Source: Octopus vulgaris (lineage: Eukaryota). From it: a DNA stretch of 64,000 bases. Made by a program: the position numbers and the translations under genes. The notes beneath the pieces are model-generated. The model was not told where the DNA came from, ran no database searches, and saw nothing but the letters and a program-made list of their open reading frames with translations. Shown here piece after piece: positions 13,795 through 29,859 of the stretch (its first letter is position 1; each line of letters starts with the position of its first letter). The DNA lies in assembly GCA_951406725.2 (NCBI GenBank), contig OX597820.1, forward strand, positions 64,976,001 to 65,040,000. The letters run 5' to 3'.

Positions 13795-14291
13795 GTAACT
13801 ATTCCAGTTTCTGCTTTAAACTCGACATCACTCAGAGAATTAAGTCTTTGTTTGTATCTAAGTTCATGCAGTTCTTTTGTCTGGGATAACCCTGGCTTTA
13901 TCAGAGTAAACATCTGTTCAAGTATTTCATCTAAATCCAACCATCCGATAACGGAAGCACATCTCGGCATGTCTAATTTCCATGATGTTACAAGCAGTAT
14001 TAAACAGCAACAGTCAATTCTTAACCATTGGAAGCTATAGTTGCTACTTTAATATTGTATAACTTTCATGATATCTAACAAAACATCCAGGGCGGTATTT
14101 GGTAGCCGCAAAAGACTGGAATTTAGATTTCTCCCGTTGTTGTATTGGTACCAATGGGAATCTTGGTCGCGTGAGTATATTTCTTATCGTTAATTTAATA
14201 GAGATCCATTTGGTAAGTTTGGTTAGAATAATAGTGCCAGAGTATTTTAGAAAGCTTAGAGGCAGCAGGATTGTGCTAATCGTGCTGGATC
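13795..14291 (-). other. candidate exon of an unidentified minus-strand transcript
   Basis: Strong polypyrimidine tract and AG acceptor at 14292-14293, unique non-repetitive sequence, possible donor AC|GTAATT at 13794. Contains a 59-codon ORF at 13791-13970. Confidence 0.3.
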
Positions 14292-14848
14292 CTTAAAAAA
14301 ATGAAAGAAAAGAATAGGAAAAAAAACATTAATTATTTTCTGCAAAACTCAGGGCATTCTTAATTTCCTCTGGAACAAAACTTATAATTATTATTGTTGA
14401 TTCGGTCCAACAAAATACAGGATGGGTGAATAGGAAATACTAATTGTACTGAGCAATTGAAGCAATTTATGTGCCGAATGTGAAAGTACGAAGAACTACT
14501 ACAAATTCGAATCTACTTGTCTTCATTATACATGTATGTGTGCGTGTATGTGTGTGTGTATGTGTGTGTGTGTGTGTGTGTGTATGTGTGTGTGTGTGTT
14601 TGTGTATGCGTGTGTGTGACTTTGTGTGTTTACGTAGATATACATTTATATCTATAGGAGTACCTACCCTCTCGAAGCTTATCAGATATAATAATATCAA
14701 CTGCACGTGGTATTTCTTTGGCCAGCCAGATAGAAATACCGACGATTCGCTCACCCACATAATTCTCACAAGCAAAGATATACAAACATACATATATTCA
14801 TATATATATATATATATATATATATGTTTGTGTGTGTGTGTATATATA

Positions 14849-14881
<33 letters not shown>

Positions 14882-14883
14882 GC

Positions 14884-14956
<73 letters not shown>

Positions 14957-15811
14957 TATGTAAATACACATATATGCACACACAAAGAATGAGAGAGAGA
15001 GGGAGGTAGATAATTAAATAGACAGGTAGCTATGCATATATATGTATATATACATATATATATATTTATTTATATATATATGTCTATATCTGTCTATCAG
15101 TCTCTCCCGCTTTCTCTCTCTATATATACACACACACATACAGACTCACACACATACACACCACACTGTTAATTAACTTAAAACCAACTTCAGAACCGGA
15201 TGATATTACACAACCATCGTTGTAAAATTCTTTGAATTTTCTTTTTCAAAGTTTTCTTGAGATTGGTAATCTTCCAAGAGCTTTGGGAAATTTCCAACCG
15301 TTTCACCTATACACGAGTGGGAAAGCAGAACACAACCGGGTAATTATAAACCCATATCCTTCAGCTCGAATGGAACTAAAATTCTTGAACAAATATTTCG
15401 TGCGAAAATTGTTAGTTTTCCGAATAAGAAAAAAAAGAGAAAAAAATTCACTATTATTTATTGAACATGGTTTTCGCATTGGACAAAGATTGTTTAATAC
15501 CTCGTAAACTTCTATTGTGTTGAAACGTTGAATTCTCTTTTATAGTTCTATGCCTTTAGTTTCTATTTATTTAGATTTTTTCCCTAGATCTTTTTCTTGT
15601 TTTTTTTTCTTTTACGTTCTTCTGTAGACAAAGTTAGCCATAGAAATTTTTACCATAAACTGAAACAGCTTGGTTTTCTGGTTTCCTGAAAAACAAGCGG
15701 CAGATGAATGGAGATCTTATCACTCTAATTGCTTTTGTTGTTTTTTTTTTACAAGAGCTAGTCACAAGGATTGTTTTCATGTATCTCGCTTCCCTCTCCC
15801 TCACTCTCGTC

Positions 15812-15847
<36 letters not shown>

Positions 15848-16215
15848 TATGAATCCTCATCATGTCTGAATTAACAACGACTGTGACCTTTGCAGATGAA
15901 TCTAAGCAATAGCAGAGACAGATACAACGAACACCAATCAAGCGCTGTAATGAGACATTTAATCAACGTTCAACTGGTCATACACTAATAAGTTCAAGTC
16001 AACAAAGGAGGGAGGATGGGAAACGCTCATAAAATAACTTGCCAAACAATTGCAATTAGACGCACACTAATGCATACAACGATGAGCTTCTAAGTTGTTG
16101 TTCAATGTGCTAAAAATAGCAGCCACATTTCGCTTAATCACACCATAACCTCTTGGAAAATAACAGAACAAATTCGATACCGTTATCATATACATACACA
16201 CACACACACATACAC

Positions 16216-16264
<49 letters not shown>

Positions 16265-16797
16265 TGAAAAATGGGAGAAAATCTCTATAAGAATTTATCA
16301 AGTAGCCATTGCATCTCCACAGTACTAAGGAAAATATTGATACCGCACAGTAAAAATTAATCATTCAACACTAAAGATTAATGTTGTGTAATGCAGATGA
16401 ATAATTTTGTATTGGTACAAAAATACAAGTTTCTTTAGTCAAAATATACACTAAGCAAAATATCGAAACTGGGCAGAAATACTTTAATAACTTACACTCT
16501 ATACCGTAAAACGCAATACTTAACACAGCCAAAATCTCCACTGACTTCAACTGCCACCAGAGATATCCATCGTTAATATACAAACCAAGTCTACCCAAAG
16601 CCAAACCTTCAGCATATAAGACGCAGATCGACTCTGGCGGGAAATTTTAGAGAAAAAGTGTGCTTTGTATACCGGAATATACAGTCTATCTATTTCAACT
16701 ATTTTAACGTTCGCTTCACCGATAAAAGAATCATAGGACAGAAATATTACAAATTTACCGAGAACTGTCTCCAGGAGTTGCCTAATTATGAAAATAA

Positions 16798-17045
16798 GAA
16801 CAATTGACTTTCAGTAAGAAAGATGTTTTCTTACTGCTTAACTTTCTACTTAAATTGTGTTTTAGTATTCCGTGCATCAAAGACGTGACGTTAACATAAC
16901 TGCAAAGGATACATGGATTTTGGTTATTTAGTAGAAGATATGAAACACATTACCGTGACACAGTTGTAAAATTTACAGACAAAATAGATTTCATAAATGG
17001 TGAGCTGTGGTATTCTCATTTTTCTATTTTAGTTTGATTATTGTT
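16798..17045 (+). repeat. left copy of a ~248-bp direct duplication
   Basis: Aligns end-to-end with 17474-17722 (about 14 substitutions and 2 small indels by eye). Confidence 0.95.
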
Positions 17046-17473
17046 GGATCTTTTCGGTTTGAACGGCAGTTTTTTCTAGCGGTGTCATATGAAATTGTCA
17101 CCCATAATTATGACCCTAGTATCGATCTATTGCATTTCAATCTGTTTTAGGGTTAGGGTTAGTTAAGGTTAGGGGTGGGGGAAGGGTATAGTTTTTTTCT
17201 TCGCAAATGTAAATAAACCCAAACTGTTTCTTAAACGAGGGATATATTCATACGGCACAGAATGCTTTTTAACTCAATAGACGTCACTGATTGGTTGAAA
17301 TAGCAGAAATTGAAGAAAAAACAACAACAAATATCTTACAAACTATCGAATTCTCTCAATAAAGCCAAGAGAAAAAGATGTTTTATAAGCACATTCCACC
17401 AGTATACGAAGTTTAAAATGTTTTAGTTATCTAGAAATTATGTTAAAAACTGCCGTTCAAACCGAAAAGATCC
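17046..17473. mobile_element. non-autonomous TIR element (MITE) with internal telomere-like repeats
   Basis: Perfect 29-bp TIRs GGATCTTTTCGGTTTGAACGGCAGTTTTT at 17046-17074 and 17445-17473. TTAGGGTTAGGGTTAGTTAAGGTTAGGGG at about 17147-17175. No ORF. Confidence 0.9.
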
Positions 17474-17722
17474 GAAAAAATTGACTTTCAGTAAGAAAGA
17501 TTTTTTCTTACAGCTTAACTTTCTACTTAAATTGTGTTTTAGTATTCCGTGCATCAAGGACGTGACATTAACATAACTGCAAAGGATACATGGGTTTCGG
17601 TTATTTAGTAGAAGATATTAAACACATTACCGTGACTCATTTGATTTGCAAAACTTACAGACAAAATAGATTTCATAAATGGTGAAAAATTCTCATTTTT
17701 CTATTTAAGTTTGATTGTTGTT
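17474..17722 (+). repeat. right copy of the ~248-bp direct duplication
   Basis: Begins immediately after the right TIR and matches 16798-17045. Confidence 0.95.
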
Positions 17723-17938
17723 TCGCAGTCCCTAAACACAACGAATAGCTTGAATTTTACGTTTCGTAGGGACACGCTTCATATCATTGATATGATTGGT
17801 GAATTTGAAGGGGCAATATGTCATATCCACGAGGATATTAGTCATACCATGTGCCAAACGATTACTCATACGCTTTCAACAAATACATACAAAGGCACAC
17901 TCACGCACACATACAGACCTATACATATATACGTTTCT

Positions 17939-18013
<75 letters not shown>

Positions 18014-18109
18014 TGTGTGTGGATACTCAGTTGTTCTTCCAAATGAAGAACTCAATGAAATAGTGCATAAGCGGATAAGTATGCCACAGATAATTATTTT
18101 GTGTATTTA

Positions 18110-18145
<36 letters not shown>

Positions 18146-18150
18146 ATTAC

Positions 18151-18212
<62 letters not shown>

Positions 18213-18213
<1 letters not shown>

Positions 18214-18418
18214 TGAGGCAGCGAGCTCATAACCGCCCCGAACAAAATACTTCGCGGTATTTCTTCTGGTTTTGTGTTCTGAGTTCCAATGGAACCCAGG
18301 TCGGCTTTGCCTTTCAACCTTTCTGTGTCTGTAAATTAAGTACCAGTCAAGCAATGGATCAATGATTCCGACTCAAAACTGGCACTAAAATCTCTAGCCT
18401 TGTGCCAAAATTAGAAAC
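18213..18418 (+). mobile_element. SINE family A monomer inside an (ATT)n tract
   Basis: gaggcagcgagctc...gttctgagttcc...gccttgtgccaaaattagaaacc. Confidence 0.78.
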
Positions 18419-18437
18419 CATTATCATTATTATTATT

Positions 18438-21120
<2,683 letters not shown>

Positions 21121-21179
21121 TATACACTCAATATGTTAGACTGTTGGAAAAGAATAGAATACTAATATCGGGCTACAAC

Positions 21180-21368
21180 AAGTAGCCTTAGATGACAAGA
21201 ATCCGTCTAAGCATCATAGTTGTCCCTAATAACACTGCTTTCTGTAGCTGTATAAAACGGGGTTTATGCCTATTTCCTCTATCCATATGTTCAGATATTT
21301 AAGGATATTTCCCAATGCACCTGTAACTACAGGGTTACATTTTACCTGCACTTTCCATAATTACTGTA

Positions 21369-21370
<2 letters not shown>
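21180..21370 (-). mobile_element. R4/Dong-type 3' fragment (RLE C-terminus)
   Basis: Reverse strand encodes motifs like VTGALG...LQKAVLLGTT. Flanked by (ATT)n. Confidence 0.65.
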
Positions 21371-21407
<37 letters not shown>

Positions 21408-22149
21408 GGTTGTTGTTGTTTGTTTTCTAACGTACACTGCAATAACCGATGTAGATGTAATCCTGCAATATTGTATGCATTCAAATCGTAGTTTAATAAA
21501 TATTTATAATTCTTAATCGTTAGCATAGGCTTAAACTAAAATTGCTGAACGTCGCATTGGCATTCAATTTAGTTTCAATTCTATTTTTACGCATCGTGTT
21601 TTATGAGGTCCATTTCGCTGATGTATATAACTTTGTTCAATTTATACATCTTCCATTTGTCCTCCGGCAGAAAAAAACTTTTTGCAAGTGTTTTTTAATA
21701 TACACCCAGCTTGCAGAAAGTTGTAGGTATTCTTGATATATAGTATTAATTTTCTTTTTCATACATTTGCCTTGAGTTATTTTTAATTCCGTTAAATTAC
21801 ATAATATTATATTAATTTATCTTGCTCTAAGCTATGCGTTTAATGAGCTCTTTGGTAGGTTTATGCAAAATAAAATTCATTCTTGTTATATTTTGAGACA
21901 TAATTATAATTTATAACTCCAAATATTCGATAAAATTAAACTTGCTGGTGTATTTTGCTCTAGATTGTCTACGCTTGAAGAGAAGAAATTTATAATCACA
22001 GAGATTTTAACTTCAAAATTATAACTTCTGTTTTAAGTGCTATGGTTTGTGTAGCACTTGTTGAAGTCAAATATTCTTATCGTCTCGTCTGGTAGGAAAA
22101 CTTTGTTTTGATAACTTTTATCGTTTAGAATTTATATGTATTAGTGATT

Positions 22150-22545
22150 GGACTGTGCCTGTACTACAGCAACCACTTACAAAGTGTTTTAGTCGAACAG
22201 ATCGAACCCAGTTTTTATTGTTTTTTGCCGTACAACTATGTTAGGGGGCTGTAAAAAAACCAGCACCGCCAGTCAACTGGTGGCGGGAACACAACTGCAA
22301 AACACACACATACACACTAACACACGCGCTCGCATATTCATATGTCTATATATAAGTTTGTGTGTGTGCATGTATGTTAGTGTGTGTATATGTATATAAT
22401 GTGTACACAGGATTTCTAATATCCTCCATAAATTCCACTCTCATGACTCTGTTCAGCCCAGGGCTACAGAAAAAGGACTAGCCCTAGGTACCACTCCATG
22501 TGACTGAACACAGCGCCTTGTGGTAAGAAAGCATGACTGCACTTA
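22150..22545 (-). mobile_element. degenerate SINE family B
   Basis: Reverse-oriented family B motifs gtgttttagtcgaacagatcga and aaattccactc. Confidence 0.6.
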
Positions 22546-22549
22546 TGAA

Positions 22550-22860
22550 GTTATTAACATAGAGACCTATGAATATGGATTAATAGTCTGGATATAGAAG
22601 CTGGAGGTTTCGAAGCAGTTGTCCATAGATATCCTCTTTTTCTTTGATTTTCAAAGAGATATATATATCTGCAGAGCAGCTAACTTCTATGATGTTACAT
22701 ATCTTTGCCCCACTGTTCCACACAACTATAGCCAGCCTGTTACGCTTACATTTTACAGAAGTTTTGATAGGAATAGTCCACCAGTTTCCATGTATGTATG
22801 TTATCGTTCATTTCTGCGTTTTCTGGAACATCATCTGAGGTAAATGGTGCACCCTTAGAA
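22550..22860 (-). mobile_element. R4/Dong-type RLE fragment
   Basis: Similar to 30050-30480; reverse strand gives CKRNRLAIVVWNSG-like (RPDIVVWD) sequence. Confidence 0.6.
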
Positions 22861-23565
22861 CGGTGAAAACGCTTGGGGGAATATATACATGTATTCAAAT
22901 ATTTTTGCTGACCACCCTCAATGATATAATACTAGATACTAGAATCAAATGCAACCCGCCTTTGAAGGTTTTTTTTTTTTTTTTACACAGACAACGAACT
23001 GCGTTATTCATGCATCCTATGAAGCACATACATAGAAACATACGGACAATAACTCACTCATCCACGCACGTAGATGTATATGTGTACGAGTATTCAAATA
23101 AACCTTCTAAAACCACTCGTATACCTTTTAAACTTATTTTACTGTCGTAAACTTTAAAGTATCACGATCTTTTATATACTTATTCTTCGAGAGTCTAGTT
23201 TATTGTGAGTTCGTCAGTATAAAAAGGATCACACGTTTTCTATTATTGTTTTCATTTTTCTCATTTTACATTTCATAATAACAGAAGAATATTTTCATTT
23301 CAAATCTATAGCCGATGTACTGAAACTGTATTTTTTTACGAAATGTTACTGAAAGTTCTGTAAGATTAGAAAGGATGGCTTACATTTAATATACGTTTAA
23401 TGTACATGTACGAGTATACAATGTAAACCCTTGATTTCCAAACATTCATTTCCTCATTCAAACTCTATTTCTTTGAAGATATATAAATATGCATGGATGT
23501 TTGTGTGTGCGTATGTGTATGTGGTGTGTGTGTGTATGTGTGGTTGATGAAATAGTAAATGCAAG

Positions 23566-23637
<72 letters not shown>

Positions 23638-23862
23638 CATATATATATATAAACACACACACAAATGTATATATATATATATACATGCATATGCATATGT
23701 ACACATAAGTATAGGCATACGTACATGTACACTTATACCCCTTCCCACAAAGAAATATATGTATGCTTATATATACATGTGTGTATATATATATATATGT
23801 ATATATATATATGTGTGTGTGTGTGTGCATATATATATATATATGTATATACATATATAGGT

Positions 23863-23893
<31 letters not shown>

Positions 23894-24136
23894 TGTATGC
23901 ATATGTATAATATAATATGTATATAATATATATATATATACATATTTTAAGCACATAAAACCATGCACTCACAATTTCATCATCCATACACACGCACATA
24001 TATACCACATGCACGTATACGAACTCGTACACACTTGCGTGCGTATTTACACTGTATGTATGAGTATGTGTTAGTGTTTTCTATAGAAAACGACATTACA
24101 TATATTTCACGAATATTTAGTGCACCTAAACCTGCA

Positions 24137-24219
24137 CGGCTCGCTGCACACATCAGCGGGTTAAAAGTAATAACGATTAGAACCTCCTTTGAACCCGTTG
24201 ATGAGTGTAGCCGAGTACG
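24137..24219 (+). ncRNA. pre-miRNA-like hairpin (candidate 3p mature UUUGAACCCGUUGAUGAGUGUA, 24188-24209)
   Basis: 24144-24167 pairs with 24187-24210 (22 of 24 pairs including 2 G:U), 19-nt loop, plus a 7-bp lower stem. GC-richer unique island among microsatellites. Family not recognised. Confidence 0.55.
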
Positions 24220-24499
24220 AAAGAGAGGTTAAAACCAGAATCTAGGTATGTGTTTGTAATGATGTTAAATGATATAAACATATTATCGACTACACACGCT
24301 TCATAAACAACGATGTATTGAGCTCTTTATTTTGCACCATAAGCTTATACTTACACAAAGAAACACATGTCCCATACGTATATACATATGCTCATATATT
24401 TACATAAAATATATATAAATATATATATATATATATAAATATATATATGCATGTATGTAAATATATGTATGTAGATATGAACTTTATATATTGTATATG

Positions 24500-24530
<31 letters not shown>

Positions 24531-24832
24531 AAATATACATACATACATATACATATATGTATAGACATACAAACATATATATACATGTATGCATATATAA
24601 GTTAACTCTCATTTACTTAACTATGTACGTGTCGAGATGTACATGTTTATGTATGTTGGAAGGATATTATGTCACATTTCAGTATACATTGTGAAAAGAA
24701 GAACTCAATGCGTAACGTAAAGTATAAACTTTATAACGAAATATTCCATTCCCCGAATGTAAACAAAAATTGGTGATCTATCTCCTCCAACTTGTGCCAA
24801 CAGACGTTCTTCAACACATACACACACACACA

Positions 24833-25183
24833 CAGAGGCACGTGCATGGCCCAGTGTTTACAGCGTCGGGCTATCAGTCATGAGGGAGTGAGTTCGATTC
24901 CCGGATCGGACTCTGAGTTCGTTTTCTTGAGCAAAACACTTTATTTCATGCTCCAGTTCATTCAGCTGTAGAAAATGCGTTGCGAGGTCGCTGTTGCCAA
25001 ATCTGTATCGGCGTTTACCATTCCGTTGGATAATATCGGTAGCGTGGGGGAGGAAGGCTGGCATGCATGGCCGACTGGTGGTCCTCCATATAAACAACCT
25101 TCACTGGACTTTTGCCTCGTTTGGAATCTTTCTAGGTGCAATCCCAAGGTCATTCATGACCAAAGGATTTCTTTACCCTTACA
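24833..25183 (+). mobile_element. SINE family D (tRNA head + CORE-like domain + ...CTTTACCCTTAC tail)
   Basis: TGGCCCAGTG A box, GTTCGATTCC B box, ttgagcaaaacactttatttc...cagctgtagaaaatg. Confidence 0.8.
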
Positions 25184-25385
25184 CGTTATTTGTGTATAGG
25201 TATGTATGTATGTATGTATGTATGTATGTATGTATGTATGTATGTATGTATGTATATGTATGTATGTATATATATATGAATGTATAATTTATACATATAT
25301 ATACACTTATATATATGTATATATATATGTATATATATGTATATATATATATGTATATATATATATATGTATATACATATGCAGC

Positions 25386-25442
<57 letters not shown>

Positions 25443-25539
25443 TTATATGTTTATATGTATATACACACATTTATATATTTATATATGCATGTATATACAT
25501 TTATATATATATATATATATATGTACATATATATGTATA

Positions 25540-26447
25540 AAGCCTTCCAAATATTTATCTATAATCCATCGCAATTACACAAGAAACAACACGAAGCATT
25601 TTCTACATGTAAGCATAAATTCTATCGCACCTTTAAATTCTTCCATAGGTCCAAATGCAAACAAAATCAAAGCACATAACACTTGCGTATATGCATCCAC
25701 GGTCGTTACAATACACGAACGTGTCTTCTTTCGTTTCCTTCTCTAAGGCTAGAAAGAAGCTAGATAGCCATAATTCCTTAAATTTTAATGTTTTAATTAT
25801 TTAATATTTAATTTTTTATTATCCCTCCAACTCACAGACATATCACTTCACTTCTCACTCCATACACATATTCATTCCTTACATTCTTATCTCTTCCTAT
25901 CCCCCCATACTCCTCTGCATCCCCCTCATATTTTGACCTCCATGTAACAAACCTAATTCACTTCTTTCTTCCTCTCTCCTTTTCTTTCTCTCTTCACCTT
26001 TTCATTTTAACATACACATCTTTAATACAACCACAACATTTTCAAAATTTCATTCACGCAACAAGATACCTTTGAATGAACAACGCATGGAATTTACGTC
26101 GCCACACTTTCCATTTGTAATGACAAAATATGAACTCCAATCGGAATTTACATACCGTAGACAACAAGCATTTCTACCACTTCTACACACCACTTTCCTT
26201 GGATAATGGAACTGCACTATAGCATCCTATATATATTTTAGTTTCCTTCATAGCCCTTAGTTCTATCCTTTTTCAAAATAACTCCTTACATTGAACTCTA
26301 CTATTTTCCTCTATTTATCCATCACACATCTTCTCCCATGAAGAGATATACCTAATATCCCAGAAACAGCTGTAAGACTAACTTTCTCATTATAAATGCT
26401 CTGAAAATTCCACACAGCCTTGGCTTTGTTGTCTCATGTTATTTAAC
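25540..26447 (+). mobile_element. Penelope-like element 3' fragment
   Basis: Peptide [16 protein letters not shown] resembles the PLE C-terminus LNKRSE..S.CRH.NKF. Followed by a CT-rich region, a hammerhead-like motif and a tail shared with 37560-37790. Confidence 0.6.
26331..26378 (+). ncRNA. degenerate minimal type I hammerhead ribozyme motif
   Basis: TTCT-CCCATGA-agagata..tatcc-GAAAC-AGCT-GTA-AGAC. Palindromic stem III ACAGCTGT is intact; the core is mutated. Confidence 0.55.
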
Positions 26448-27684
26448 AAATACACACACACACACACACGCACACACACACATATTTATATACCGAAAAA
26501 ATAACACTCATGGATTTCGTTGAAGAAAATATGCGTTTAAACGCATATTTTCTTGAACGAAATCCTGCTGGTAATATGGGTATAAACAAAATGAATACTT
26601 CAAATATGTGGCATCGGCAGTTTTACATTATTAGAACTATATTTACTTCAGAATATCATCTATCTTATCTATCTATCTATCTATCTATCTATGTATCTAT
26701 CTATCTATATATCTATCTACCCCCCACACATATAGATATATGTATATATATATATATACATAGAAAGAGAGAGAGAGTTATACACATGCATATGTAGGTG
26801 CATACGAGTGTGTGCATATATATATATATGTATATATAAATATATATATATGCAAAAATTCCCTGCATTATATATATACAGACATACACACACACACACA
26901 CATATGTATGTATCTATGTTTCTATGTATGTGTGTATGTATGTATACATGTATGTATTAAAGAGGTGATAGGTATAGAAATAAAAATGGGAAAACATGAC
27001 GGATTGGTGATTTCATTCCCTCTAACAACTTCTCTACACTCTCTCTCCCTCCCATTCTTTTTCTCCCTCACACAAGGATAGACATACACAAATACACAAA
27101 TATCTGAATACATACACAAATACATACGCAAATATCACATACACATGCACATACGCGTACGCACGCACGCACACGTGCACGTGCAAGAAACCAATGTTTC
27201 TCTCTACATCATGTGATTCCGCACTGTCACAAAATTTTCATTGATATCTTCAAATACATGACTTTCATAAGAAAATAAAGTGTATATTCAGTCCCGCTGT
27301 TTCACATATCCATTATATCCTTCGTTGCATATAACAATGTGCGCCATATATACCTGGGAAACATCGCTTACTAAAGAAAACATTCGTTTTAACATGTAGC
27401 ATTGAAACACACCCTCATTTATATTATTCCTGTTAGCGATTTTCGATTTTATACTTTGGAATATGAAATATTCAGAAAGAGCAAAAAAAATAGGTTTAAA
27501 TTTGGAAAAAATGAAATGTTCGGTGGGGAGGGGGTGTTCGTTGTTTTTTTCTTTCTTTTTTTGGTGTTTAGAATTTTGAAATATTCTTTCTCCTTCAATT
27601 TGCAGATCTGATGACAAGCATTAGGGGATTTACCGATTTAATATTTGTTTATTGCGTTCATGTGTGTGTATCTGTGTGCATGTG

Positions 27685-27773
<89 letters not shown>

Positions 27774-27781
27774 GGACAGAC

Positions 27782-27868
<87 letters not shown>

Positions 27869-27929
27869 GTGTGTATTGTAATTAATATTTCTCTAGTTTT
27901 CTTCTTTAACAGAACTCGCACCGTTCCTT

Positions 27930-28500
27930 TCACGTTTGCTTATTTCAGTTCCTAATTTACTACCGTGTAATAATGTTCCTACCCTACCCTTATATTCACA
28001 TCTATTATACTCTGCACATGTCTTCAACAATCCTTTTGCCTTCCACTCGCACTTTCTTCCACCCACTCACATCTGCACTACTTTCATGCATATTTAATGC
28101 TTATACACAACAACACATCATCCCACCACGCTCCGATAAACTACACGACAATAATTCGTCACATGCAATATTTACGCGCATAAAGCCCCACTAAAGCCGC
28201 ATGTGCCACGATCAAAAGTGATTACTCTCCTATATTTTCTGATATATACCTACAACTCCCTATCTTAACTCTCTTAGCAGAACGGCATTCCCACCTCATT
28301 TCTAACTCCTCGACATTACTTCTTTCTCTTTCACCAACTTGTGCTTCTCATGAAACCCATGCTTTTTCTTTTCTTATAGTGAAATACTAACGCCCGAATC
28401 GTTGAGCCGCATTCTTTCTCCATTAAATCCTTAAGGTGAATCCATATGTCTTAAATTTTGCTTCTCCTGTGTTGACGTTTTAACTCTCTATATTTCCTCC
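27930..28500 (+). mobile_element. old Penelope-like terminal-repeat fragment with hammerhead relic at 28372-28407
   Basis: CT-rich body. tgaaatactaacgcccgaatcgttgagc resembles the recalled PLE motif TGACGAAGGGCTAACGCCCGAAACGTT. Confidence 0.4.
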
Positions 28501-28553
28501 TTGCAATTTCAAATAAATTACTCTCATTCTCTCTCACTTTCTCTCTCTTTCTC

Positions 28554-28592
<39 letters not shown>

Positions 28593-29019
28593 ATCTGTGT
28601 GTGTGTGTGTGTGTATACATATGTATGTTTGTGCGTATGTGTGTGTGTGCGTGTAGGGGAAAAAATTAGTGGGCTCGCTTTATAGCAGAAGAAACACTGA
28701 TTACAAATCCTATAAACGTATAATTAATAGCTATGAATGTATTTTTTTAACAATTACTTCGTCTTATCAATTCAACCGCTGAAATCCATCACCCTCTCCC
28801 TTATTTCACCCATTACCAATTACTACTTTTTCTCTTGTTTGTACGAAAACGTAACGTCACGAAGGAACGTTAAATGTTCGATCTTTGCCAAAGGCTTATA
28901 CGTTAACTTGAAGTTTGAGTCTTTCTAAACACAGGCCAAAATGCAATTGAATCGAATATGTATATGTGTGTATAGAAACATTGACTTTTGCGAAAAGAAA
29001 ATCTCACAGTACTGGCAAA

Positions 29020-29520
29020 TGTAATGCCGACCGTCATTGTTGACGACGACCAGTACATCATATGGGAGAAGATTGGCGACGGAGCGTTTGCCCGTGGCCG
29101 ATCAAGCTTACTGGTGCTCGGAAGGTTCTGCTGTAGTTCAGGAGCTGTTGGTCTGTTGGGAATGAAGGCAAGTAGTTGGATCTGGACTTGCGCAGCTCAC
29201 GTTATGTTGGTGCTCCTGCAATCCTATTCTTTTCGAAAGAAGTGGCACTACATCAACTCTCAGTGAAAGCACTTCAGTGCGACACTGATTGTACCTTTGA
29301 AGCGGTTTTGCTGGACCCCACCTTGTGTATACATGCCTTCAAGCAATGCACTGTAAAAATCTTTTGAGTAGTCATGTGTCAGGCATTCGAACAACGTGGC
29401 TTACCTACCTGATCTCCTCAGCAATGTGTAAATGCTTAGCAGATCAGCTTGAGAGTGGAACTTCGGTTCACGGACTTTGTCTTGCCAGATTTTCAACAAC
29501 TTTCTCAGAGAAGAACTGAC
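29020..29520 (-). mobile_element. RTE-clade LINE 3' fragment
   Basis: Reverse strand LRKLLKIWQDKV...HVVRMPD...QGGVQQNRFKGT...SRTFRA, and 3' end gtcgtcgtcaacaatgacgg. Confidence 0.8.
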
Positions 29521-29859
29521 TAGTTGTTTTTTTTTTTTCTTCATCCAAACATATGCATGAAACGCACTTACATCCGAACATATGTATCGAATTTACTCGC
29601 ATGCAATCCTATATAAGAAATACATTTCAGGTATTCTTTTTTCAAAGTCCTCAAAAATGGATCTCACATAGATTTTCTTTTCTTTACTATGTTTCACACT
29701 TTATTGGTTAACTTACACAAGATTTTCAAAAGAAGAATATTAGTAACAAGTTTACGTTTTAATTTCGATCCAGCTATAACATTTCCAACATTAAATTTTG
29801 ATCAATCGCCACCAAAATGTTTATCATTATTGGTTATATATACATGTCTCTTTTATTTT

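Noticed and set aside
17147-17180. TTAGGG tract as a telomere or chromosome-fusion scar
   Set aside because: Only about 4 imperfect units, and they lie inside the TIR element.
24181-24230. TTGATGA...GAAA as a type III hammerhead
   Set aside because: Stem I cannot form, and the long miRNA-like hairpin explains the sequence better.
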